Shown: piece after piece, positions 1 to 8,648 of the stretch | Position numbering within the stretch: the stretch's first letter is position 1 | How the letters are laid out: the number at the start of each line of letters is the position of its first letter | Assembly (NCBI GenBank): GCA_002780805.1 | Contig: PEUD01000002.1 | Span: forward strand, 1 to 26,721 | Direction: 5' to 3' | DNA length: 26,721 bases | Origin: Candidatus Omnitrophica bacterium CG02_land_8_20_14_3_00__42_8 | Lineage (GTDB): Bacteria; Omnitrophota; Gorgyraeia; Gorgyraeales; Gorgyraeaceae | Made by a program: the position numbers and the translations under genes | Notes under the pieces: model-generated | Told to the model about the DNA's origin: nothing | Seen by the model: the letters and a program-made list of their open reading frames with translations, nothing else | Databases searched by the model: none

Positions 1-1
1 T

Positions 2-757
2 TTGCTTCATGGCCTTTAAAACGCTATCGCAAATATCGGTATCATCCGGGCCGCCTAAAATAATAACCTTGGCAGCATATTTTTCTATCAACAAATCAGC
101 GACGCTTGCAAAATTTTCAGCAGGCCACTGCTTAAATATCGCTGTCTTACCCCAACTTGCCCCGCCGCCCGGAATAATCGCTATGATTTTTTCGTTACGA
201 TCAATATGGTTATTGTTTAAAAAATTATCAGCCCATGCCAAATCTTCCTGAGGGATAAAAACATCTAGACTGCGATTGTCATAGCGAAACCGAGGCGCCA
301 CTATACGTAATAAATCTAAGTAATACTCTACTATATGCTTATCATGATAACCGGCAATATCTATTTTATGAGTAAGAAACCTGCCTCTTTTTTTAAAATT
401 ATACCCAATCCTTACCGGCACTCCCAGCATCATTAAAAAAAACGAATACTGATGGCCTAAAGACAAATCTATAACAGTATCAAACTTTTTACTTTTTATT
501 ATTTTTAAAAATTTCAAAAATTGCCTAATGCAATCTATTTTTGAGGCGCGCCAGAGAATCCTGAAATCGCCTTTATCGAAAACAAATATCTCATTTAGGT
601 TCTTATTGCTTGATAAGAACGGCGCAACGCGGCTATTACATATAAAACCTATATAACTATCGGGAAACTGTTTTCTTAAATGCCTTATTAAAGGCGTGGT
701 AAAAATAACATCGCCTATGCCAAAGGGGTTTATTATTAAAATCCTGTCCGTTTTCAT
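2..757 (-). CDS. GT9 family glycosyltransferase (ADP-heptose:LPS heptosyltransferase-like, WaaF/WaaQ type); 3' end runs off the window (252 codons visible)
   Basis: Absent from the ORF track and translated by hand. The ATG at 757 overlaps the upstream TAA (TAATG): MKTDRILIINPFGIGDVIFTTPLIRHLRKQFPDSYIGF...FDTVIDLSLG...PVRIGY...HIVEYYLDLL...IAIIPGGGASWGKTAIFKQWPAENFASVADLLIEKYAAKVIILGG. The GIGDV..TP, hP.G...K.W and ILGG motifs are GT9 hallmarks. No stop before the window edge. Confidence 0.9.
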   Translation of the reverse strand, partial: MKTDRILIINPFGIGDVIFTTPLIRHLRKQFPDSYIGFICNSRVAPFLSSNKNLNEIFVFDKGDFRILWRASKIDCIRQFLKFLKIIKSKKFDTVIDLSLGHQYSFFLMMLGVPVRIGYNFKKRGRFLTHKIDIAGYHDKHIVEYYLDLLRIVAPRFRYDNRSLDVFIPQEDLAWADNFLNNNHIDRNEKIIAIIPGGGASWGKTAIFKQWPAENFASVADLLIEKYAAKVIILGGPDDTDICDSVLKAMKQ

Positions 758-1860
758 TAAAACCCCTTGAATATTTCCAATAAATTCTTCGCTGTCATAT
801 CCCAGCTAAATTCAGCTGCGCGCTTTAAACCCTTTTGCGCCAGGCTATTTCTTAAACCAACATCACTTAATACGCTGTATATCCCATCTGCAATGGAATC
901 AATCTTATACGGATCTGTCAAAACAGCTGCATCGCCTGCAAGCTCAGACATAGATGATACATTTGAAGTTACAACAGGGCAACCGCACTTAAACGCCTCT
1001 AAGATAGGCAGGCCCGCGCCTTCATAAAAAGAAGGATATACGCTTACATCGGCAAAATTGTATAAAACCTTAAGGTCCTCGCATGGGACATAACCGGTAA
1101 ATACTATGTCTTTTTTAAAGCCAAGCTCCTCTGTGAGCTTGAATACATCATCATACATCCACCCTTTCATGCCTGTAATTACAAGGGTTTGTTTTATATT
1201 ATGCCCTGATTTAAGAGCCTTGTAGGCTTTCATGAGCCCATTTATATTTTTTCTAGGCTCAATAGTGCCTATATATATAATATAATTAGTATATATATTA
1301 TACTTTAAAAGCGTTTCCTTGTAAAGATTTTTAGCTTCCTGCGGTAATACGCAAAACTCGTCTCCCACCCCGGGGTAGAGAACCTTTATTTTTTGCCCTG
1401 TCTGTCCGGAATAATGCCTTTTAAGGTCATTGGCAGTACATTTGGTATCAGCCAGTATAACATCGGCAGCAGCCAAAACACTCTTTAATAAATTATCCAG
1501 CTTTTCAAGCACATCTTTTGGGTGGCCCTGCGGAAAAACCTTTGGTATTATATCGTGGACCGTAATTACAAATTTAGCCCCTTTTGGGGGCTTTAAGTCA
1601 TACGCGGATGTATGAAATATATCCGTATTTTTTAAAACAACTGGCGGGCCTAAATTAAAACGGTCTATTTTATGCCGAAAATTCTCACCCGGCAACGCAG
1701 GCGGTTTTTTATCTCTACTGAAAAACCTGATTTTACTATATAAAGCATAATCATTATTTCTGTCGATTTTAGCCAGCGCATTAATTAGATTAAAAGTATA
1801 ATAGCCTATACCTGTCTTCTCTTTTTTTAAAATTGAACGGACATCTATTGCTATATTCAT
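757..1860 (-). CDS. GT4 family glycosyltransferase (MtfB/WbdA-like)
   Basis: MNIAIDVRS...TGIGYYTFNLI; ITVHDIIP; YIGTIEPRKN; YPSFYEGAGLPILEAFKCGCPV (GT4 E-x7-E motif). Start placed at ATG 1860 (GGTGA RBS, 4 bp after the upstream stop) rather than the track's 1902. Confidence 0.92.
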   Translation of the reverse strand: MNIAIDVRSILKKEKTGIGYYTFNLINALAKIDRNNDYALYSKIRFFSRDKKPPALPGENFRHKIDRFNLGPPVVLKNTDIFHTSAYDLKPPKGAKFVITVHDIIPKVFPQGHPKDVLEKLDNLLKSVLAAADVILADTKCTANDLKRHYSGQTGQKIKVLYPGVGDEFCVLPQEAKNLYKETLLKYNIYTNYIIYIGTIEPRKNINGLMKAYKALKSGHNIKQTLVITGMKGWMYDDVFKLTEELGFKKDIVFTGYVPCEDLKVLYNFADVSVYPSFYEGAGLPILEAFKCGCPVVTSNVSSMSELAGDAAVLTDPYKIDSIADGIYSVLSDVGLRNSLAQKGLKRAAEFSWDMTAKNLLEIFKGF

Positions 1861-1864
1861 AACT

Positions 1865-3637
1865 TCACCATAACGCGATATCTGACATTTTTTTAAAAAC
1901 AATGTTATTGCTGCTGCATATATCTATTATTTCTTCATGCGAAGCGTCATTCATGGAAGGAATAGCCAAAAACAACTCGTCTATCTTGTATTTTTTTACA
2001 AGTTGAGGTATGTTATGCCTTGAACCTATTATCGGTACGCCATGTATATTTCTGCCATGTTTTTCTAAATTGTCGTCGATAAAACCAACAGGCATATAGC
2101 TTAATTTCCTATTGTACCTTATACCTCTTAACAGATATTCACCGGCATCGCCTGCGCCCATTATCAAAATCCTTTTGCCTGACTTAGAGTCGAAATTGAA
2201 ATATTCCCTGAACATCCTCATTACAAATCTTGCCCCGGAAGCGGCTGTCAACAACAACAGCCAGTCTATCACAAAGACCGCCCTGGAATAACCCTGTATA
2301 CGAAATAAAAATACCAATGCTATAATGGAGCTTATACAACTAAATGTAACCGCCTTGATAACATTAAAAAGATCATGAAATCCGGCGTATTCCCAAACTG
2401 CTTTATACAGGCCGAAACTGTAAAAAAAACTGAGCTTTATAATAATAATTATAGGTAACGACTCCACGATCAATTTTGCATTAACAGGTACAAGAATGCC
2501 TTCATACCTTAAAAGATAGGCGCCGACATAACTTGCGCTTATAATAAAAAGATCTATCATTATCTCAAACATCTTCTGTTTGTGATAAATCATACCGCCT
2601 AAAGATATATGATTGCCATTTGTATGTTTTTTAGGCTCTGCGGCATAGACTCTGACACGGCTTAAGAAAATACCAAAAAACAACATTAATAACGCGGCTG
2701 CCATAAACAAAACTATTACAGCCGTCACGTTTAATTTTGTATACGCAAAGGCTATCAACCCGCAACACAGGCTTATAAAATACAAAGTCAGCACTGCCCT
2801 GCGCTCTGACATACCCAAAACTACCAGCCTGTGAGATGTATGATCTTTCCCGCCGTCGTAAAAATGCCTGCCGCTTGCCCTACGATTTAAAGTAACTAGT
2901 ATGGTATCAAATACCGGCACCCCTAAAACCAATACAGGAACCGCCAGGGTGCCCAAAATATTGGATGTGCCCCGCCAGGTGCCCATAACACTTATCGCGG
3001 CTATTACAAAACCTATAAACATAGAACCGCAATCACCCATGAAAATCTTTGCAGGATTAAAATTATACCTTAAAAATCCTAAGGCAGCAGCCCCTAAAAT
3101 CAATCCTATCATAGCTGCGCTTGAACCCGCATGAAAACCGTAATGCACAAAAATTATCCCTGCCGATATCACGGTGATACCGGCGCACAAACCATCCATA
3201 TTATCTAAAAGGTTAAAAGCATTCATTATCGCGACAAACCAGAATATAGTGACAAATATATTAAGAAAATCCACCGGTAGCACTTTAAAGCTGATGCCAA
3301 AAATACACATAAATGTTGCTATGATAATCTGCGCAAAAAGCTTTGAATACGGTTTTATGCTGAATATATCGTCTATGAGCCCTGTTATAAATACAGCCGT
3401 AGAGCCTGCCAACAATGGAAAAAACAGGCTATTGCCCCTTTCGAAAATCAAAAACGATATAAAAAAAGATACGAATATCGCTATGCCGCCACATATGGGT
3501 ATAACCCGCTTGTTCCAACGGTCGTTTTTCGGCTTTGCTACAAAGTTATAACGCAGCGCCATCCTCCGGACCAACGGCGTCAAGAACAAAGATAAAAGCA
3601 ATGTTATTAAAAAAACCGGTAGATATTTTACTGCCAT
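1865..3637 (-). CDS. wecA: WecA/TagO-like UDP-HexNAc:undecaprenyl-phosphate HexNAc-1-P transferase fused to a CapD/PglF-type N-terminal membrane + CoA-binding-like Rossmann domain
   Basis: MraY/WecA motifs: GLIDD, NAFNLLDNMDGL, IFMGDCGS, DHTSHRL, with many TM segments (about aa 1-330). C-terminal part: DLFIISASYVGAYLLRY, FVIDWLL, KRILIMGAGDAG, PVGFIDDN, GVPIIG, matching the CapD/WbpM N-terminal module. No SDR catalytic domain follows. Confidence 0.85.
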   Translation of the reverse strand: MAVKYLPVFLITLLLSLFLTPLVRRMALRYNFVAKPKNDRWNKRVIPICGGIAIFVSFFISFLIFERGNSLFFPLLAGSTAVFITGLIDDIFSIKPYSKLFAQIIIATFMCIFGISFKVLPVDFLNIFVTIFWFVAIMNAFNLLDNMDGLCAGITVISAGIIFVHYGFHAGSSAAMIGLILGAAALGFLRYNFNPAKIFMGDCGSMFIGFVIAAISVMGTWRGTSNILGTLAVPVLVLGVPVFDTILVTLNRRASGRHFYDGGKDHTSHRLVVLGMSERRAVLTLYFISLCCGLIAFAYTKLNVTAVIVLFMAAALLMLFFGIFLSRVRVYAAEPKKHTNGNHISLGGMIYHKQKMFEIMIDLFIISASYVGAYLLRYEGILVPVNAKLIVESLPIIIIIKLSFFYSFGLYKAVWEYAGFHDLFNVIKAVTFSCISSIIALVFLFRIQGYSRAVFVIDWLLLLTAASGARFVMRMFREYFNFDSKSGKRILIMGAGDAGEYLLRGIRYNRKLSYMPVGFIDDNLEKHGRNIHGVPIIGSRHNIPQLVKKYKIDELFLAIPSMNDASHEEIIDICSSNNIVFKKMSDIALW

Positions 3638-3642
3638 ACTAG

Positions 3643-4602
3643 TTAACCTTTAAAATACTCTATCACATCCAATATTATATCGTCTAATTTAGATATAGGT
3701 TTATATCCAATCAACTTTCTTATCTTTGATATATTAGGCACTCTGCGGCGCATATCCTCAAAACCCTGCCCATAAATCTTTTCATAAGAAACGCGCACTA
3801 TTTCTGATTTGCTGGCTGTTGCATTTTTTATCATTTTTGCCAGGCCTTCGATAGATACCTCTTCTTCGCTTCCTATATTAAAAACATCCCCTTCAGCATC
3901 AGGACGCTCCATTAGCAACATAACGGCGCCAACAACATCAGACACATGGCAAAAACTCCTTGTCTGCTTTCCATCTCCATGAATTACTATAGGCTTATTC
4001 AACAACGCGCTTTTCACGAAATTCGGTATAACCATACCATACGCATCTGTCTGCCTGGGGCCTACTGTGTTAAAAAATCTCGCGATCACAACCGGCAGTT
4101 TCTTTTCTATAAAATATGCCTGGGCTAAAAACTCGTCTAAACTTTTTGAGCAGGCATACGCCCATCTACGTTTCTTTATAGAACCTAAAATTCTGTTATC
4201 GTCTTCCTTAAGGCTGTGCTCAACATGGCTGCCATATATCTCTGAAGTTGAAGCAATCAAAACCTTTTTCTTGTATTTATTGGCCTTCTTTAAAACAATC
4301 TCTGTGCCTATAACATTTGTCTCTATAGTTTCTATAGGCTTATCCATTATCAGCTTTACGCCCACAGCAGCAGCCAAATGATAAATTCTGTCGCATTTTT
4401 TCACCAATTTATCCATAACATCGCTGTTCATTATAGTGTCCACCGTACAATGAAAATCTTTATTTTCCAGCAGATGTTTTATATTATCTAAACTACCTGT
4501 AGATAAATTATCTATAACATAAACCTCGTCGCCATTTTTAAGCAACGCCTCGCATAAATGCGAACCTATAAATCCAGCGCCTCCTGTAACTAATATCTTC
4601 AT
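3643..4602 (-). CDS. NAD-dependent nucleotide-sugar epimerase/dehydratase/decarboxylase (extended SDR, ArnA-C-terminal/UXS-like)
   Basis: ILVTGGAGFIGSH (GxxGxxG), HLAAAVG, ASTSEIYG, RWAYACSK (YxxxK), RFFNTVGPRQ, GDGKQTRSF, RRVPNISK. Confidence 0.9.
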   Translation of the reverse strand: MKILVTGGAGFIGSHLCEALLKNGDEVYVIDNLSTGSLDNIKHLLENKDFHCTVDTIMNSDVMDKLVKKCDRIYHLAAAVGVKLIMDKPIETIETNVIGTEIVLKKANKYKKKVLIASTSEIYGSHVEHSLKEDDNRILGSIKKRRWAYACSKSLDEFLAQAYFIEKKLPVVIARFFNTVGPRQTDAYGMVIPNFVKSALLNKPIVIHGDGKQTRSFCHVSDVVGAVMLLMERPDAEGDVFNIGSEEEVSIEGLAKMIKNATASKSEIVRVSYEKIYGQGFEDMRRRVPNISKIRKLIGYKPISKLDDIILDVIEYFKG

Positions 4603-5771
4603 AGTAAACCCTTCTCCTTTAATAGGCTATTGTATAAATTCTCTGTGTCTTTTATTAATCTCTCTTTCCTGAAATTCTCATTCACAAATTTTCTGCCGTA
4701 ACGGCCCATCTCTAATCTCTTTTCTCTATCCTCCAACATGCTTAGTAACGCCTTGCTAAAGCCATCAACATCATTGCTTTGTACAAGTAAACCATTTTCA
4801 TTATTTTTTACTATATCTCTAACTCCACCTACATCAGTAGCCACTACAGATTTACCCGAGGCCATTGCTTCTATCAAGCTAACAGGTGTGCCTTCATTTA
4901 ATGAAGTCAAACAAACTATATCCAAATCCGCATATATGTTTTCCAAATCCCTACGCCAGCCTAGAAATACAACCTTGTCTTTTATACCTAATCCTCCCGC
5001 ATAATTTTCAAGTTCATGGCGCAATTCTCCGTCGCCAACGATTATAAACTTAGCATTTAGTGTATAGCGTTTAGCGTATAATAATTTTATTGTATCAAAA
5101 AACATTTTGTGATTCTTAATAGGGACTAACCTTCCCACTATACCGATCAGCAAAACATCGCTGCCAATGCCAAGCTCCTGCCTTAATCTGCCTTCATTTT
5201 TATCTGCTTCAAAAAACTTCTCAAGCTCAAAACCAAGCTTGATAACCGCTACCTTGCCTTTAGAAATAATATTATACCTCACGGAAACATCATTTTCCAC
5301 TGAATTACTTACAACCACAACCTTGTCCGTAAATCTACCTAAAAAGCGCTCTATGGCAATAAATACCTTTGTCGCTAAACCACTGAAATAACCATCAAAG
5401 ATATGTCCATGAAAAGTATGCACTTTGACAGGCACACCCGCTAAAATCGCCGCCAGTCTACCCAGAGTACCTGCTTTTGCTGTATGCGTATGAACTATAT
5501 CCGGTTTTTCCCTGCGTATTATTCTGTATACCTTCCATAATGCCTTTAAATCCTTTAAAACATTTATTTCCCTTGTCAGATCATTGACAATAACTGGCTT
5601 TACGCAGTGTTCCCTGGCAAAGTACTCCATATCGCCTTCATTAACTCCTACGGTACCGGCCACAAGGCACGTCTTAAAACCAAACTTGTCCAGGCCTGCT
5701 GAAAGCAATACGGTATTTATTGCCGGCCCTCCTATATTTAACCTGGCTATTATTCTTACGACTTTTTTCAT
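4599..5771 (-). CDS. GT4 family glycosyltransferase (CapM-like)
   Basis: RIIARLNIGGPA, DIVHTHTAKAG, HTFHGH, VGRLVPIKNH, LTSLNEGTPVSLIEAMASG. Its stop overlaps the next ATG (ATGA). Confidence 0.93.
   Translation of the reverse strand: MKKVVRIIARLNIGGPAINTVLLSAGLDKFGFKTCLVAGTVGVNEGDMEYFAREHCVKPVIVNDLTREINVLKDLKALWKVYRIIRREKPDIVHTHTAKAGTLGRLAAILAGVPVKVHTFHGHIFDGYFSGLATKVFIAIERFLGRFTDKVVVVSNSVENDVSVRYNIISKGKVAVIKLGFELEKFFEADKNEGRLRQELGIGSDVLLIGIVGRLVPIKNHKMFFDTIKLLYAKRYTLNAKFIIVGDGELRHELENYAGGLGIKDKVVFLGWRRDLENIYADLDIVCLTSLNEGTPVSLIEAMASGKSVVATDVGGVRDIVKNNENGLLVQSNDVDGFSKALLSMLEDREKRLEMGRYGRKFVNENFRKERLIKDTENLYNSLLKEKGLL
5050..5077. repeat. Imperfect heptanucleotide tandem repeat, 4 copies (consensus TTAGCGT), inside the GT4 CDS
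   Basis: The plus strand reads TTAGCAT TTAGTGT ATAGCGT TTAGCGT (5050-5077). It lies within the segment YAKRYTLNAK on the minus strand. Confidence 0.7.
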
Positions 5772-5776
5772 AATAT

Positions 5777-7675
5777 TTACAATATATTTTCTTTATCTAT
5801 AAAAATCCTGTGCCAAAGCTCAAGATTCAGCAAGGCCCAGATCTTATCGCCGCTGTTTGACTTATACTGCGACTGGTCATCCAGTATCTTTTTTACATAT
5901 TCTTTTCTAAAGAAACCTCGCCTGACGCATTTATCGCTCAATAATATTTCGTAGCAATAATTTTTAAGTTCCTTGCGGAACCAGTTGTCAATAGGCACGC
6001 CAAAACCCATTTTTCCGCGCCGCAGGATTTCATCCGGCAAAATACCGTTTAATGATTTTTTCAAAATATACTTAAGGACCCCTCTTTTTATTTTCAGACC
6101 TGACGGCACAGAGGCGCAAAATTCCATAAATTTGTGGTCTAAAAACGGGGATCTGGCTTCAAGTGAATTCGCCATTGAAGCAATATCCATCTTGACCAAA
6201 AGGTCTTCAGGAAGATAACTGTTAATATCGGCATAAAGCAGGGAATCCACCACTTCCAGGCCTGCGCATGCCTCAAACAAGCCGTTCATATAGGAAAAAG
6301 GCGGATTTTCATGTTGAAGCATCTTTTTGAAACTATCTGTATATAAAAATTCCTTTTCCCTGTCCCTGAAAATTATAATCCAGTTATAATATCTTTCTCT
6401 TGTCGGCTGGGAAGCGACTGAGGCAAACCTTATAATTTTTGAAAAAAGACGGTTGCTTCTCATCGTATTATTCAGGCCATTACGAAAGGCAAAAGCCATT
6501 GCCTTGCTTATCCCGTGAGGCACTTTTTCAGAAACCCTGGTTGCCATATACCTTATATAACCGGCGAAATTTTCATCCCCGCCGTCACCGTTCAAGGCAA
6601 CGGTAACATCCTGCCTTGTCATTTTCGCGACGTAAAAAGAAGGCAAAGCTGACGAATCAGCGTAAGGTTCATTATAATGCCATATCAGTTTCGGCAGTAT
6701 ATGCATGGCGTCTGGTTTTACTATATATTCACGGTGGTCAGTGCCAAACGCCTTGGCAACTATTCTGGCGAAAGAAAGCTCGCTATGGCTGGCTTCTTCA
6801 AACCCTACCGAGAATGTCTTAACCGGTTTTGACATATTCCTTGCCATCATGGCCACAACAGCGCTTGAATCTATGCCGCCGCTTAAAAAAGCGCCCAAAG
6901 GCACATCGCTTATAAGCCTTACCTTAACTGCTTCCTCAAGGTGCACCAACACCTGCGCTGCGCATTCCTTTTCATCAAGCACTGTTTTTTTAGAAAAATC
7001 CAACTGCCAGTACCTCTTTATTTCAATATTTCCTTTTTGATATAACAAATAATGGGCAGGCTGAAGTTTTTTTATGCCTTTAAACATTGTGCATGGCGAA
7101 GGTGTGTAACCATAAGTAAGGTAATATGGTATCATGCGCAAATCTACATCTGCTTTCACATCGGGATCCTGTAAAATAGATTTCATTTCAGAGGCAAACA
7201 GAAAACTTCCGTTTACATTTGCGTAACATAAGGGTTTTTTCCCTACCCTATCCCTGGCCAGAAATAACGATTTTCTTTTTTCATCCCACAAAGCAAATGC
7301 AAACATGCCGCGCAAATCTTTAAGACAGTCAACGCCTTTCTCTTCGTAAAGATGAAGGATTACCTCTGTGTCTGTATGCGATTTAAATTTATGCCCCTTA
7401 GCTTCAAGGCCTTTTCGCAGCTCAATAAAATTATATATTTCGCCGTTCAGGACCAGCCATAAAGTATTGTCTTCGTTGCTCATCGGCTGACGGCCGGCAG
7501 GCGATAAATCAATTATGCTCAGGCGGCTATGGCCCAGGCCTACTGCCCCGTTTATATAAATCCCCGAATCATCGGGGCCTCTATGCTTGAGCACGCCGCA
7601 CATTGACCGTATAAGGCCTTCCGTCACTGGGCTCGCCGGGTTATTTATATTTATTTTGCCGCATATACCGCACAT
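5777..7675 (-). CDS. asnB: Asparagine synthase (glutamine-hydrolysing) family amidotransferase; by context probably a glycan uronamide-forming enzyme (WbpS-like)
   Basis: N-terminal MCGICG (Ntn Cys2), HRGPDD, GHSRLSIID, NGEIYN, LRGMFAFALWD, ARDRVGKKPL, AFLSGGIDSS, GDGGDENFAGY, SLEARSPFLD, KMGFGVP; 632 aa. Confidence 0.95.
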   Translation of the reverse strand: MCGICGKININNPASPVTEGLIRSMCGVLKHRGPDDSGIYINGAVGLGHSRLSIIDLSPAGRQPMSNEDNTLWLVLNGEIYNFIELRKGLEAKGHKFKSHTDTEVILHLYEEKGVDCLKDLRGMFAFALWDEKRKSLFLARDRVGKKPLCYANVNGSFLFASEMKSILQDPDVKADVDLRMIPYYLTYGYTPSPCTMFKGIKKLQPAHYLLYQKGNIEIKRYWQLDFSKKTVLDEKECAAQVLVHLEEAVKVRLISDVPLGAFLSGGIDSSAVVAMMARNMSKPVKTFSVGFEEASHSELSFARIVAKAFGTDHREYIVKPDAMHILPKLIWHYNEPYADSSALPSFYVAKMTRQDVTVALNGDGGDENFAGYIRYMATRVSEKVPHGISKAMAFAFRNGLNNTMRSNRLFSKIIRFASVASQPTRERYYNWIIIFRDREKEFLYTDSFKKMLQHENPPFSYMNGLFEACAGLEVVDSLLYADINSYLPEDLLVKMDIASMANSLEARSPFLDHKFMEFCASVPSGLKIKRGVLKYILKKSLNGILPDEILRRGKMGFGVPIDNWFRKELKNYCYEILLSDKCVRRGFFRKEYVKKILDDQSQYKSNSGDKIWALLNLELWHRIFIDKENIL

Positions 7676-7676
7676 T

Positions 7677-8648
7677 TTATGAACTCTTTTTTTGCGCTAT
7701 TACAATAATATTGGGGGCGAAAAAACCTATATTTCCGATACGCAATATGCGTTCCAGCAATGAAAACCAGTAAAATACATTCCTTAGCATATAATTCTTG
7801 GCATCCATAGGCCACGGGCTTGGATACTGGTAATAATGGCCCACATATTTATGCCACGCCGGAAGCTGAATAGGCCTGCCGATATATATTTTCTTCAATT
7901 TAAAGCCGCACTCCCCCAGCATTTTTTTCAGTGTATTGTGCGTAAAATGCGTCACATGCTCATATGAATCGAATATATCGTAGTCCTTTGTTTTTCCGGT
8001 TGCCTTTGCCAGCCAGAATTTTAAAATATTATATTTCCCATTCGGCACCTTTATAAATAGTATACCGTCATTTTTTAACACCTTTTTTACATCCGCCAGC
8101 ATTTTTTTTGGCTCTGATATATGTTCAAAAACATCAGTCATTGTAACTACATCAAAATGTTCATCTTTAAATCCAGCCTCATGCAAATAACATGTTTTAA
8201 CATCCAGGCCAAAATACTTGCGCGCCATAGCGGAAAGCGCAGGCGACGGGTCAACTCCGGAAACGTTCCATTTCCTGCCGCGCGTATTTCTTAAAAACAT
8301 GCCCATATTTGTGCCTATATCCAGAAAATTGCCCGAGGGCTTAATTTTTTCTATTTCCCTTAAATCAGTCAGGTAATTCGGATCCCTGTGGCTTTTCGCC
8401 TTGCCTTCAAATATCAGCCTGGCTTCAGCAAAATATTTATTTTCATCGCCCCAGTAATTTTTTTCAGGCTCTTTAACCATCGGATTGGTATAGATAAGCT
8501 TGCAATCATTGCATACGGCAACACCTATCGCGCCTCTTTCGCTGCAAACTTTGGAATGGTTTGCGCTGCCGCAGAGAGGGCATTTCCTTTCAATGACCTC
8601 ATCCACGCTGTAAATCTCTTTTTGCTTTCCGCCTCTTTCATAATCCAT
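7677..8648 (-). CDS. Class I SAM-dependent methyltransferase with N-terminal zinc-ribbon-like CxxC...CxxC
   Basis: CPLC...CNDC...TNP; FLDIGTNMGMFL; GVDPS; FDVVTMTDVFEHISEP; GILFIKVPN; EHVTHFT. Confidence 0.85.
   Translation of the reverse strand: MDYERGGKQKEIYSVDEVIERKCPLCGSANHSKVCSERGAIGVAVCNDCKLIYTNPMVKEPEKNYWGDENKYFAEARLIFEGKAKSHRDPNYLTDLREIEKIKPSGNFLDIGTNMGMFLRNTRGRKWNVSGVDPSPALSAMARKYFGLDVKTCYLHEAGFKDEHFDVVTMTDVFEHISEPKKMLADVKKVLKNDGILFIKVPNGKYNILKFWLAKATGKTKDYDIFDSYEHVTHFTHNTLKKMLGECGFKLKKIYIGRPIQLPAWHKYVGHYYQYPSPWPMDAKNYMLRNVFYWFSLLERILRIGNIGFFAPNIIVIAQKKSS

Noticed and set aside
1271-1302. AT-only dyad (TATAATATA ... TATATTATA) resembling a promoter or operator
   Set aside because: It lies within coding sequence (KYNIYTNYIIYIG) and is low-complexity; expected by chance in AT-rich DNA.
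1341-1351. GCGGTAATACG, matching part of the conserved 16S rRNA 515-530 region
   Set aside because: Only 11 nt, inside a GT4 CDS, with no flanking rRNA similarity; chance match.
1861-1902. Longer N-termini in the ORF track (starts at 1902, 11641, 22153)
   Set aside because: Downstream ATGs (1860, 11629, 22129) have an RBS or stop/start coupling and match family N-termini better.
1865-2600. Possible truncated capD/pglF pseudogene
   Set aside because: The module is in frame with WecA, ends with a clean stop 5 bp before the next gene, and leaves no dehydratase remnant; treated as a fusion domain.
2422-8109. A8/T8 homopolymer runs (e.g. about 2422-2429 and 8102-8109) as possible phase-variation tracts
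   Set aside because: They are short A/T runs encoding Phe/Lys in AT-rich genes, the frames are intact, and I saw no long G/C tracts.
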